Assembly (NCBI GenBank): GCA_937936275.1
Contig: CALHCJ010000014.1
Coordinates: 1 to 62,295 of the forward strand
Direction of reading: 5' to 3'
DNA from: an uncultured Flavobacteriaceae bacterium
GTDB taxonomy: Bacteria > Bacteroidota > Bacteroidia > Flavobacteriales > Flavobacteriaceae
Length of the DNA stretch: 62,295 bases
Every line of letters begins with the position of its first letter. Position 1 is the stretch's first letter. The notes under the pieces were generated by a model. It was not told the origin of the DNA, did no database searches, and worked only from the letters and a program-made list of their open reading frames with translations. Below are positions 41,503-51,058 of the stretch, one piece after another. The position numbers were made by a program, and so were the translations under genes.

Positions 41503-43083
41503 ATGAAAGCAATACAAAACATTGGCATCGCCATCTTTCTAGTTGGACTAGGAATTTTTACCACGCTACCCTTTATAGGTTCTTTCAAATTAGACCAAAC
41601 TACTTTCGAAGACATTGTAGCTGAAAAGAAAATCAAAAGTGAACTTTTCATTGCAGATCTTCAACAAAATGTAGTTGGAAAAGAATTTTCAGGCATGGTT
41701 GATTTATCCTCAAAAATCTCAAAAGCTTTAGAAGATGCAAATGCAACTCATGTAAAAAACAAAGAGTATAAAAAGAAAATTTATACCAAGACTAGTGACA
41801 TGGCCTCATTGGTCGGAAAGCGCTCAGGAGTAGGGTACATAGCAAACAACAAAGGTGTAATGTGGTTTTTAACCTTTGGACTAGGCATCATTGGCGCACT
41901 TATGTTCATTATTCCACAGGTGGTCACACTAGGTAAAAAAGGTATTAAAAACGATGGCATTTACCATCAAAGTTCAACCAATCGCGGTTGGATTGCTTGG
42001 TTAGTATTTTTCTTCTTAGTGTCCTTCTATATGGTGCTCTACTTCGGTTCGGAATATGCCGTAAACTGGACATATCTCGTCGATCCTATAAGCGAAAGCC
42101 TAAGCGGAAACCCCGCTGGCCATTGGTTCGTATACGGCTTTATGTACTGCGTAATTATGACGGTGATGGCAGTTCGTATGTATATTAAATACCGTCACAA
42201 TGTATATCAAGTGGTGCGCACAACCTCAGTACTTTTCTTTCAAATCGTCTTTGCCTTCTTGATACCCGAAATAATGGTGCGTTTGCAAATGCCGTATTAC
42301 GATTTTAAAAATGCCTTTCCGCTAGATTATGATTTCTTTTTTAGTTGGAATTTGAAAGAGCTTACCAATAGTGGCGGTATAGGTTTGTTTATTCTCGTTT
42401 GGGGAATTGTATTGACCCTAGTAATTGTTCCGGTTATGGTTTACTTCTTCGGTAAAAGATGGTATTGCTCATGGGTATGTGGTTGTGGGGGATTGGCAGA
42501 AACATTAGGAGATCCATACCGGCAACATTCTAACAAATCCTTATTTGCCTGGAAAATCGAACGCTGGTTGATTCATGGCGTTTTGGTTTTTGCCTTAGTA
42601 ATGACAGGAATGACTTTATTTAGTTTCTTTACCGAAACAGGAACAGTATTGGGAGTAAAAACTTCAAGCATTCAAACCACCTACAGTTTGGCTATTGGGT
42701 CGGTTTTCGCTGGAGTAATCGGAACAGGCTTCTACCCTATTTTCGGTAATCGTGTTTGGTGTCGTTTTGGTTGTCCGTTAGCGGCTTATTTAGGATTTGT
42801 TCAACGCTTCAAATCACGTTTTAGAATTACTACAAACGGGGGTCAATGTATATCTTGTGGAAATTGTTCTACCTATTGTGAACAAGGCATTGATGTTAGA
42901 GCATATGCACAAAAGGGAGAGAACATTGTGCGTTCTAGTTGTGTTGGATGTGGCGTTTGTTCTGCAGTTTGTCCTCGTGGCGTATTAAAATTAGAAAATG
43001 GACCTGAAGAAGGTCGCATCAATCCGACTGAAGTATTGTTAGGAAATGATGTTGACCTCATGGAGCTTGTAAATAAAAAATAA
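41503..43083 (+). CDS. Membrane 4Fe-4S protein (NapH/RdxA/CcoG-like)
   Basis: Several TMs, RWYCSWVC, RVWCRFGCP, two CxxCxxCxxxC ferredoxin motifs. Confidence 0.88.
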   Translation: MKAIQNIGIAIFLVGLGIFTTLPFIGSFKLDQTTFEDIVAEKKIKSELFIADLQQNVVGKEFSGMVDLSSKISKALEDANATHVKNKEYKKKIYTKTSDMASLVGKRSGVGYIANNKGVMWFLTFGLGIIGALMFIIPQVVTLGKKGIKNDGIYHQSSTNRGWIAWLVFFFLVSFYMVLYFGSEYAVNWTYLVDPISESLSGNPAGHWFVYGFMYCVIMTVMAVRMYIKYRHNVYQVVRTTSVLFFQIVFAFLIPEIMVRLQMPYYDFKNAFPLDYDFFFSWNLKELTNSGGIGLFILVWGIVLTLVIVPVMVYFFGKRWYCSWVCGCGGLAETLGDPYRQHSNKSLFAWKIERWLIHGVLVFALVMTGMTLFSFFTETGTVLGVKTSSIQTTYSLAIGSVFAGVIGTGFYPIFGNRVWCRFGCPLAAYLGFVQRFKSRFRITTNGGQCISCGNCSTYCEQGIDVRAYAQKGENIVRSSCVGCGVCSAVCPRGVLKLENGPEEGRINPTEVLLGNDVDLMELVNKK

Positions 43084-43131
43084 GCTTGTTAGGAATGGGT
43101 AATATTCTCGACCTAATTTAAAAATGTTTCC

Positions 43132-43617
43132 GTGTTGGCCAAAGTATTTATATTAATAACATTTTTCTTATCCTTCGGAAATTCTTTCGACACCACAAAT
43201 ATCTATCATAAAGAATACTATGAGACAGGTACTCTCAAAGCGGAAGGATGGATGTACAACGGTTTAAAAACAGGGTATTGGAAGTTATACCACAGTACTG
43301 GGGGTATTTCAGAACAAGGTTACTATAAGGAAGGCAAACGCATCAAATATTGGTACTTTTTTAATGCAGAGGGCAAAAAAACTTCTGAAGGACATTATCA
43401 AAATGGAAAAAAAGCCAACTGGTGGTTATTTTATGATAGTCAAGGTTATGTCAATCATAAATGCCAGCTCAGTAATGGTATCAAGAATGGGTATTGTTTA
43501 ACCTACAAGGATACCGAATTAGCATCTGCAGAAAAATATAAGAATGGGAAGAAAATTAAAGAATGGTTCAGTTTCAGTAGCTTTAGGCGTGAAAACAACC
43601 TTTCCGATTTAAAGTAA
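43132..43617 (+). CDS. MORN-variant repeat (YwqK-like) exported protein
   Basis: Repeated EG.Y..GKK.G.W..Y units. Confidence 0.8.
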   Translation: MLAKVFILITFFLSFGNSFDTTNIYHKEYYETGTLKAEGWMYNGLKTGYWKLYHSTGGISEQGYYKEGKRIKYWYFFNAEGKKTSEGHYQNGKKANWWLFYDSQGYVNHKCQLSNGIKNGYCLTYKDTELASAEKYKNGKKIKEWFSFSSFRRENNLSDLK

Positions 43618-44306
43618 TGGCCAAAATAAAAGTCATCATTCCCGCCTTTAACGAAGCAGATTCGATTGCGCAGGTAATAAGAGAAATTCCTGATTTAGTC
43701 GAAGAAATTATTGTAGTTAATAATAAGTCGACGGATGATACCATAGCCAACGCAGAAAAGGCAGGTGCTACAGTACTTACAGAAAATAAAAAAGGATATG
43801 GGTATGCTTGTTTAAAAGGGATGGATTACGTTGCGAAACAATCCAGTCCACCCGATATTATCGTATTTATTGACGGAGATTATTCAGATTATCCTGAAGA
43901 ACTCACGAAGATCGTTGCTCCCATTCTTAATGACGGCAAAGACTTTGTAATAGGTGCTAGAGTAAAGAAATTAAGAGAAGAAGGTAGCATGACCCCCCAG
44001 CAGGTTTTTGGTAATTGGCTGGCTACCTTTCTAATGAAATTGTTTTTTAGCGCAACATTTACGGACCTAGGACCGTTTAGAGCCATACGATATGACAAGT
44101 TATTAACACTTGAAATGGAGGACAAAACCTACGGTTGGACAGTAGAAATGCAGCTAAAGGCACTCAAAAAGAAATTGGCATATACCGAAGTACCAGTACG
44201 TTACAAGCGAAGAATTGGCATTTCAAAAGTGTCAGGAACGGTAAAAGGTAGTATATTTGCTGGCATAAAAATCCTTAGTTGGATTTTTAAATATAGCTTT
44301 AAATAA
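43617..44306 (+). CDS. GT2 glycosyltransferase, polyprenol-phosphate sugar synthase-like
   Basis: IPAFNE, STDDT, GYGYA, DGDYSD, VIGAR, TDLGPFRA. Confidence 0.88.
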   Translation: MAKIKVIIPAFNEADSIAQVIREIPDLVEEIIVVNNKSTDDTIANAEKAGATVLTENKKGYGYACLKGMDYVAKQSSPPDIIVFIDGDYSDYPEELTKIVAPILNDGKDFVIGARVKKLREEGSMTPQQVFGNWLATFLMKLFFSATFTDLGPFRAIRYDKLLTLEMEDKTYGWTVEMQLKALKKKLAYTEVPVRYKRRIGISKVSGTVKGSIFAGIKILSWIFKYSFK

Positions 44307-44307
44307 T

Positions 44308-45792
44308 ATGGCATTAGCAATCGCTTACATCATCTTGGCAATCTATAGTATCGCGCTGCTGTTGATATTCTTCTATAGTTTAGCACAGCTAAACTTGTTA
44401 GTCAATTATTTAAGTAACAAACGAAAAAATCAAACCGCCCCAAAATTCAATCTTTTAGACGCTAAAGAAGTTCCTTATGTAACGATTCAACTGCCCGTGT
44501 ATAACGAGGAGTACGTCATGGAACGTTTGTTAGAGAATATCGCTAAAATTGAATATCCGAAAAGTAAGTTAGAGATTCAGGTTTTAGATGATTCTACCGA
44601 CGACTCTGTAGTTGATACTGCGAAATGGGTTAAAGAATTGCAGGAAACAGGATTGGACATTCAACATATACGTCGAACAAATCGTCAAGGGTTCAAGGCG
44701 GGCGCATTGAAAGAAGGTTTAGAAACGGCGAAGGGAGAATTTGTTGCCATCTTTGATGCTGATTTTCTTCCAGAAAGTGATTGGCTAAAGAAAACTGTTA
44801 TTTACTTTAAAGATCCAGAGATTGGCGTTGTTCAAACACGTTGGGGTCATATCAATAGAGACTATTCTACACTTACTAGAATACAGGCTTTTGCACTCGA
44901 TGCTCATTTTACTTTAGAGCAAGTAGGAAGAAATTCAAAAGGTCATTTTATCAACTTTAATGGTACAGCAGGTATCTGGCGTAAAGAATGTATTTTCGAC
45001 GCTGGAAATTGGGAGGGAGATACACTAACGGAGGATCTTGATCTGAGCTACCGCGCTCAATTAAAAAATTGGAAATTCAAATATCTCGAAGATGTTGAAA
45101 CCCCGGCTGAGCTTCCAGTGGTTATAAGTGCAGCACGTTCACAGCAATTTCGTTGGAATAAGGGTGGTGCTGAAAACTTTCGAAAGACGGTTTGGAGCGT
45201 TATTACCGCTAAGAATATCAATTTTAAAACAAAGTTTCACGGCGTTATGCATTTACTAAATAGCTCCATGTTTCTCTGTGTATTTATGGTAGCCCTATTG
45301 AGTATTCCTGCGATGTACATCAAAGCTATTTTTCCTCATTTAGATTGGGTATTTTCAACACTTAGCTTTTTTGTTTTAAGCACTATAATTCTCTTTGTTT
45401 GTTATTGGTTTACCTACAAAAGTATTCAAGGTAGTAGCTTCAATAACTTTGTAGATTATATCAGAATATTCTTTACTTTCTTTTCCGTGGCTTTAGGATT
45501 TTCATTACACAACTCAATTGCAGTTTTAGAAGGTCATATGGGTAAGCGAAGTGAGTTTGTTCGAACTCCAAAATTCAATATTAATAGTTTGAAAGAAAGC
45601 TGGAAAGGAAATAAATATCTTGCTAAAAAGCTTTCTCCGAATATGATTTTAGAGTTTGGACTGATGGGATATTTCCTCTTTGGTATGTACAGTGCAATCC
45701 CTTTAAATGATTTCGGACTATTTCCATTTCACTTCATGCTTTTTATAGGTTTTGGGTACGTGTTCTTTAAATCGCTTACTTCGCGAGCTTAG
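44308..45792 (+). CDS. Cellulose synthase-like (CslA-type) membrane GT2
   Basis: QLPVYNE, DDSTD, GFKAGAL, FDADF, FNGTAG, TEDLDL, QQFRW (D,D,D,QxxRW), FVRTPK. Confidence 0.9.
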   Translation: MALAIAYIILAIYSIALLLIFFYSLAQLNLLVNYLSNKRKNQTAPKFNLLDAKEVPYVTIQLPVYNEEYVMERLLENIAKIEYPKSKLEIQVLDDSTDDSVVDTAKWVKELQETGLDIQHIRRTNRQGFKAGALKEGLETAKGEFVAIFDADFLPESDWLKKTVIYFKDPEIGVVQTRWGHINRDYSTLTRIQAFALDAHFTLEQVGRNSKGHFINFNGTAGIWRKECIFDAGNWEGDTLTEDLDLSYRAQLKNWKFKYLEDVETPAELPVVISAARSQQFRWNKGGAENFRKTVWSVITAKNINFKTKFHGVMHLLNSSMFLCVFMVALLSIPAMYIKAIFPHLDWVFSTLSFFVLSTIILFVCYWFTYKSIQGSSFNNFVDYIRIFFTFFSVALGFSLHNSIAVLEGHMGKRSEFVRTPKFNINSLKESWKGNKYLAKKLSPNMILEFGLMGYFLFGMYSAIPLNDFGLFPFHFMLFIGFGYVFFKSLTSRA

Positions 45793-45843
45793 AGTTCTGC
45801 TACAAATATCCTATTTTAGTCAGACGCAAAAGCTGACTAACCA

Positions 45844-47187
45844 ATGCCCAACCGAATCCTAACATATTGGAAACTCCACAAAGTATCTATAACATTGGCA
45901 TTCTTGACCGTAGCCTTGTATTACACCTTTGCGTATCATTTAGAGCGTACTGATTTTATAAAACTATTAAGCCTCTTTGCAGCACTGTTCTTCATATGCT
46001 TCAAAATAGTACAATTTGAGAAATGGAATTTTAAATTTTTACTAGTTATTGGAATTCTATTTCGTTTGGTTTTTCTGATCGCTGAACCAAACCTTTCACA
46101 AGATTTTTATCGTTTTATATGGGACGGAGATTTGGTTAAGAACTTCATGAATCCGTATTTGAACGTTCCGAATACGCTGATTAACCAATCAAATTTAGTA
46201 ATCGCGAATGCTCAAGAATTATACAATGGAATGGGTAGTTTGAGTGCGAGGCACTACAGCAATTATCCACCCTTAAACCAGTTTATTTTTGCTCTAGCTT
46301 CTGTGTTCGGTGGAAAAAGTGTTCTGGGTGCGATCATTTTAATGCGAGGCTCAATCATTCTAGCTGATATAGGTATCTTATATTTCGGACGAAAGCTATT
46401 AAAAAATATCAACCAATCACCACATTTGATTTTTTGGTATTTTTTAAATCCACTAATTATTATTGAGCTGACGGGTAATCTGCATTTTGAAGGTGTGATG
46501 CTTTTCTTTTTTGTCTGGTCATTATATCTACTTTCGGTTCATAAATGGAAACGGGCTGCAGTCATCTACGCATTTTCCATTTCGGTAAAACTCGTTCCAT
46601 TACTGTTTCTACCTCTTTTTTTGAAACACTTTAAATTTAAGAAAGCTATTCTCTTTTATGCCATTGTCGGAGCTACTTCTCTTGTACTCTTCGCGCCTTT
46701 CTATTCTCCAGAATTTATTACGAATTATTCGAAGACCATCGGTCTCTGGTTTTCAAATTTTGAATTTAACGCAGGGGTATATAATGGCATCAAACAAATT
46801 GCCATTCAATTCGACGCCAAACCTTGGGAATTGATTAAAACCTATGGAAAAATAACCCCGATTCTTACAATTGTCGTTGTTTTACTTTTCACATTTCTAA
46901 GAAAGAATGAAAAGTTATCAGTACTATTAACATCAATGCTATGGGTCTTGACGCTATATTATTTAATGTCAGCGACAGTCCATCCATGGTATATAATCTT
47001 TCTGGTAGTATTAACGGCGTTTACAAAATATCGTTTTGCGTTTATTTGGTCGGCGGCTATAGTTTTGAGTTACTACGCCTATTCATTAGCAGATTTTAAA
47101 GAGAACCTTTGGTTATTAGCGATTGAGTATATCACAGTTTTTACCTTCTTGATTTATGAATTGATTGTATATCGTAACAAAACATGA
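45844..47187 (+). CDS. GT-C fold membrane glycosyltransferase (GT87/mannosyltransferase-like)
   Basis: LSQDFYRFIWDG, NYPP, H.E, HPWY; about 11 TM. Confidence 0.78.
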   Translation: MPNRILTYWKLHKVSITLAFLTVALYYTFAYHLERTDFIKLLSLFAALFFICFKIVQFEKWNFKFLLVIGILFRLVFLIAEPNLSQDFYRFIWDGDLVKNFMNPYLNVPNTLINQSNLVIANAQELYNGMGSLSARHYSNYPPLNQFIFALASVFGGKSVLGAIILMRGSIILADIGILYFGRKLLKNINQSPHLIFWYFLNPLIIIELTGNLHFEGVMLFFFVWSLYLLSVHKWKRAAVIYAFSISVKLVPLLFLPLFLKHFKFKKAILFYAIVGATSLVLFAPFYSPEFITNYSKTIGLWFSNFEFNAGVYNGIKQIAIQFDAKPWELIKTYGKITPILTIVVVLLFTFLRKNEKLSVLLTSMLWVLTLYYLMSATVHPWYIIFLVVLTAFTKYRFAFIWSAAIVLSYYAYSLADFKENLWLLAIEYITVFTFLIYELIVYRNKT

Positions 47188-47251
47188 AGTTTTTGTAAAA
47201 AATCTTATCTAGATTAGGTGAGTTCGAGATAATTTGTACATTTACTATCTA

Positions 47252-47335
47252 ATGAACGCAGAAAACTACATTATATCTACTTCGAGCATCACTGTTCTTG
47301 GTCGTCCGTTCGCTTCTCGCCGTCGTCGCCCGTAA
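47252..47335 (+). promoter_or_regulatory. Putative Arg-rich leader peptide (27 aa) of the arg/pro operon
   Basis: ATG..TAA ORF MNAENYIISTSSITVLGRPFASRRRRP, ending 88 nt upstream of the first operon gene. Confidence 0.75.
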
Positions 47336-47423
47336 GGGTACTAAACATTTCATGGAAATAGGTGAGTCCATTTCCGCAAAACGACAATCACATTTTATTT
47401 TACTCTTTTAAATCTTTATAGCA

Positions 47424-48038
47424 ATGAATATTATTGTTGCTAATACATCACATTTCAAATATGCCAAGGTGATTTGCGATACAATTGCAGATTCAGCCAA
47501 GGTACGAGGTACTGGTATTGCCAAACGTACTCCAGAATACATCAAGAAAAAGCTAGAAAATGGCAATGCCGTCATCGCTTTAGATGGAGATACTTTTGCA
47601 GGTTTCTGTTACATCGAACTTTGGGGTCATGAAAAATATGTTGCCAATTCGGGGCTTATAGTACACCCAGATTATAGAGCGCAGGGGCTAGCGAAAAAAA
47701 TTAAAGCAACTATTTTTAAACTGTCACAAGAAAAATTTCCTGATGCTAAGATATTTGGTATTACCACAGGACTTCCTGTAATGAAAATCAATTACGAATT
47801 AGGATATAAGCCAGTTACTTTTTCCGAATTGACAGATGACCCCGAATTTTGGAAAGGCTGTCAAACTTGTAAAAACTTTGATGTGTTGACTAGAACTGAA
47901 CAGAAAATGTGTCTGTGCACAGGCATGCTATATGATCCAGTATCAAAGAAAAAAGAAGACAAAAAGGTAAACAGAAAAGCATTTAAAAGATTAAAGAGTA
48001 TTAAGGAGCAATTGTTCCTCAAAAAAAACAAGAAATGA
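47424..48038 (+). CDS. GNAT acyltransferase, probable N-acylglutamate synthase (ArgA-like role)
   Basis: GNAT motif A (VHPDYRAQGLA), CxxC and CxC; first gene of the arg operon. Confidence 0.75.
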   Translation: MNIIVANTSHFKYAKVICDTIADSAKVRGTGIAKRTPEYIKKKLENGNAVIALDGDTFAGFCYIELWGHEKYVANSGLIVHPDYRAQGLAKKIKATIFKLSQEKFPDAKIFGITTGLPVMKINYELGYKPVTFSELTDDPEFWKGCQTCKNFDVLTRTEQKMCLCTGMLYDPVSKKKEDKKVNRKAFKRLKSIKEQLFLKKNKK

Positions 48039-49219
48039 GCAAATTAGTTTTAGCATATAGCGGAGGATTAGATACTAGTTACTGCGCAAAATATTTAAGT
48101 AAAGAAAAAGGGTTTGAAGTACATGCCGTAAGTGTAAATACTGGCGGATTTTCATCCGAAGAAATAAAAAGTATTGAAGAGAAAGCAATTCAACTAGGAG
48201 CAACATCGCACACCTCGATTGATGCGGTACAAATATTTTACGATAAAGTGGTCAAGTACCTCATCTTCGGAAATGTTCTGAAAAACAACACCTATCCCTT
48301 ATCGGTAAGTGCGGAACGCATTGTTCAGGCTATCGAAATTGTAAACTATGCCAAAAAGGTAGGTGCGAAATTTATCGCCCATGGAAGCACAGGAGCAGGT
48401 AACGATCAAGTCCGTTTTGACATGATCTTTCAAATTATCGCTCCCGAAATTGAAATCATTACTCCCATAAGAGATAACAAATTAGCGCGAGAAGAAGAGA
48501 TAGTCTATCTCAAAGAAAACGGCGTTGACTACCCTTGGGAAAAAGCGAAATACTCTATCAATAGAGGCCTTTGGGGAACCTCAGTAGGCGGAGAAGAAAC
48601 CTTGACTTCAGAAAAGCCATTACCTGATTCCGCTTATCCAAGTCAGTTGCAAGAAAAAAGTCCTTCAGAGGTAAAACTAACCTTTGAAAAAGGAGAATTA
48701 GTGGCTATTAACGGCGTAAAAAACAATCCTGTAGCCAATATTGAAAAATTAGAAGCAATGGCCTCTAAATATGCAATTGGAAGAGACATTCATGTCGGCG
48801 ACACTATTATTGGTACTAAAGGAAGAGTTGGTTTCGAAGCACCAGCATCTTTGATCATTATTAAGGCGCATCATTTATTAGAGAAGCATACGCTTACAAA
48901 ATGGCAACAATATCAAAAAGAGCAGCAAGGCAATTTTTATGGTATGTTATTACACGAAGGCAACTATTTAGATGCGGTAATGCGAAACATTGAAACCTTC
49001 TTAACCGATACGCAAAAAACAGTTTCTGGTGATGTTTTTGTGGGGCTTTATCCTTTTCAATTTCGATTGCACGGAATTTCATCAAAACATGATTTGATGA
49101 CTGATGCCTTTGGTAGTTACGGCGAAGTAAATAAAGGATGGTCCGCTGATGATGCCAAAGGCTTTATTAAAATACTATCGAATTCAGGTAAAATCTATAA
49201 CCACGTGAATAATGATTAA
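48035..49219 (+). CDS. argG: Argininosuccinate synthase
   Basis: LAYSGGLDTS, HGSTGAGNDQVRF. Confidence 0.96.
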   Translation: MSKLVLAYSGGLDTSYCAKYLSKEKGFEVHAVSVNTGGFSSEEIKSIEEKAIQLGATSHTSIDAVQIFYDKVVKYLIFGNVLKNNTYPLSVSAERIVQAIEIVNYAKKVGAKFIAHGSTGAGNDQVRFDMIFQIIAPEIEIITPIRDNKLAREEEIVYLKENGVDYPWEKAKYSINRGLWGTSVGGEETLTSEKPLPDSAYPSQLQEKSPSEVKLTFEKGELVAINGVKNNPVANIEKLEAMASKYAIGRDIHVGDTIIGTKGRVGFEAPASLIIIKAHHLLEKHTLTKWQQYQKEQQGNFYGMLLHEGNYLDAVMRNIETFLTDTQKTVSGDVFVGLYPFQFRLHGISSKHDLMTDAFGSYGEVNKGWSADDAKGFIKILSNSGKIYNHVNND

Positions 49220-50186
49220 AGCAGGCATTATTGGGGGTTCAGGATATACTGGAGGTGAATTGATTCGAATTTTATTATATCACTCAAAGGTAGAAATTGA
49301 TTTTGTTTTCAGTACGACGCGAGCGGGAAAACCGGTGTCTTCAGCGCATCCTGATTTATTGGGAACAACAGATTTAAACTTTACAGGCAGTGTTAATCTA
49401 AAGGTGGATGTAGTGTTTTTATGTTTAGGGCATGGGAATTCCACCAGATTCTTAAAGGAAAATCACTTTTCGAAAAGCACCAAAATTATTGATTTAAGCA
49501 ATGATTTTCGTCTTTCTAAAGATGCCATTTTAGACCATAAAAAGTTTATCTACGGATTGCCAGAACTACGCAAACCTCAAATTAAAGAAGCAAATTACAT
49601 TGCAAATCCAGGTTGTTTTGCAACGGCCATTCAACTCGGTTTGCTTCCGTTGGCGAAAGCAGGTTTATTAAATGGCGCTGTACACATCAATGCAGTAACG
49701 GGTAGCACAGGTGCAGGTATCAGTCCTTCTAGTACAACTCACTTTAGTTGGAGAAACAATAATGTGAGTTGGTATAAACCATTTACACATCAGCATTTGG
49801 ATGAAATCGATGAAAGCCTAAAGTCATTCCAAGAAAATGTAGGAAAACTATTCTTTCTTCCCAACCGAGGGAATTTCACAAGAGGAATTTTAGCAACCGC
49901 ATACACTTACTTTGAAGGCAACGAAGCTGAAGCCATTCAATTGTACAAAGATTTTTATAAAGATGCTGAATTCACGCAAATTACTAATGAGCCCATCTAT
50001 CTTAAACAAGTAGTGAATACTAATCAATGCCACATTCATTTACATAAACATGAGGGTACATTACTCATCACATCAGCCATCGACAACCTCTTAAAGGGAG
50101 CATCAGGTCAAGCAGTTAAGAATATGAATTTGATGTTCGGATTTGAAGAAAGTAAAGGGTTACGCTTGAAAGCAGGAGTTTATTAA
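49212..50186 (+). CDS. argC: N-acyl-gamma-glutamyl-phosphate reductase
   Basis: GGSGYTG, DLSNDFR, NPGCF, IDNLLKGASGQA. Confidence 0.96.
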   Translation: MIKAGIIGGSGYTGGELIRILLYHSKVEIDFVFSTTRAGKPVSSAHPDLLGTTDLNFTGSVNLKVDVVFLCLGHGNSTRFLKENHFSKSTKIIDLSNDFRLSKDAILDHKKFIYGLPELRKPQIKEANYIANPGCFATAIQLGLLPLAKAGLLNGAVHINAVTGSTGAGISPSSTTHFSWRNNNVSWYKPFTHQHLDEIDESLKSFQENVGKLFFLPNRGNFTRGILATAYTYFEGNEAEAIQLYKDFYKDAEFTQITNEPIYLKQVVNTNQCHIHLHKHEGTLLITSAIDNLLKGASGQAVKNMNLMFGFEESKGLRLKAGVY

Positions 50187-50236
50187 GTAAGATTAGAAAA
50201 GCGCAAAGCAAATAGCGTTCTGTAAAAACAAACAAC

Positions 50237-51037
50237 ATGAAAATAGCCATCATAGGGGCCGGAAATTTGGGTTTATCCATAGCAAAGGGAATTTTAAACG
50301 CTAAGGGTAAAAACCATTTGTACCTCACAAAAAGAAACACAAATGAAATTTACAATTTCGAAAAGTATGGAAATGTCATTATTACTTCTGATAATAGAGA
50401 AGCGGTTAAAAAATCAGAAATTTTGGTATTCGCTGTTCAACCTAGCCAATTAGAGGCCATTCTTGAGAACATCAAAGATGTACTCACCAAAAAACACGTC
50501 ATTATTTCTACAATAACAGGTTTTAGCATCGCTAAAATCGAGGGAGTTATAGGTGCTGACAAACACATTATCCGTAGTATGCCCAATACAGCAATTTCGG
50601 TTGGCAAATCGATGACTTGTATTTGTGCTAATGAAGTTGGTAAGAATCGGATTGATTTGGCAAAAGCCATTTTCAACAAAATGGGGCATTCCCTAGAAAT
50701 TCCTGAAGAGCAAATGCAAGCAGCTACAGTTATTTGCGCGAGTGGCGTTGCCTTTTGGATGCGTTTGATTCGTGCAACGACTCAAGGAGCAATACAATTA
50801 GGTTTTGACGCTACAGAAGCACAAGAATTAGCGATGCATACGTGTAATGGGGCTGCGGGACTATTAATCCATTCAGGCAGTCATCCAGAGGCAGAAATAG
50901 ATAAGGTAACTACTCCTAAAGGATGTACAATTCAAGGCTTAAACGAAATGGAACATCAAGGGTTAAGTTCCTCACTCATTCAAGGCATAGTTGCATCTTT
51001 TGAAAAGATTAGTAAAATAAAGGAAGGACAACTTTAG
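50237..51037 (+). CDS. proC: Pyrroline-5-carboxylate reductase
   Basis: GAGNLG, RSMPN, VTTPKGCT. Confidence 0.94.
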   Translation: MKIAIIGAGNLGLSIAKGILNAKGKNHLYLTKRNTNEIYNFEKYGNVIITSDNREAVKKSEILVFAVQPSQLEAILENIKDVLTKKHVIISTITGFSIAKIEGVIGADKHIIRSMPNTAISVGKSMTCICANEVGKNRIDLAKAIFNKMGHSLEIPEEQMQAATVICASGVAFWMRLIRATTQGAIQLGFDATEAQELAMHTCNGAAGLLIHSGSHPEAEIDKVTTPKGCTIQGLNEMEHQGLSSSLIQGIVASFEKISKIKEGQL

Positions 51038-51058
51038 CAAACAAATAAAGACAATCAC

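Noticed and set aside
43132-43617. YwqK-like protein as the antitoxin of a toxin-antitoxin pair
   Set aside because: No adjacent toxin; MORN-variant repeats are generic in Bacteroidota
45817-45841. Hairpin ttagtcag..ctgactaa between GT2 and GT-C genes
   Set aside because: No U tract on the coding strand; not supportable as a terminator
30300-47187. Selenocysteine readthrough in the rSAM/selenodomain-associated genes
   Set aside because: The ORFs look full length, with Cys at the motif positions and no internal TGA truncation apparent
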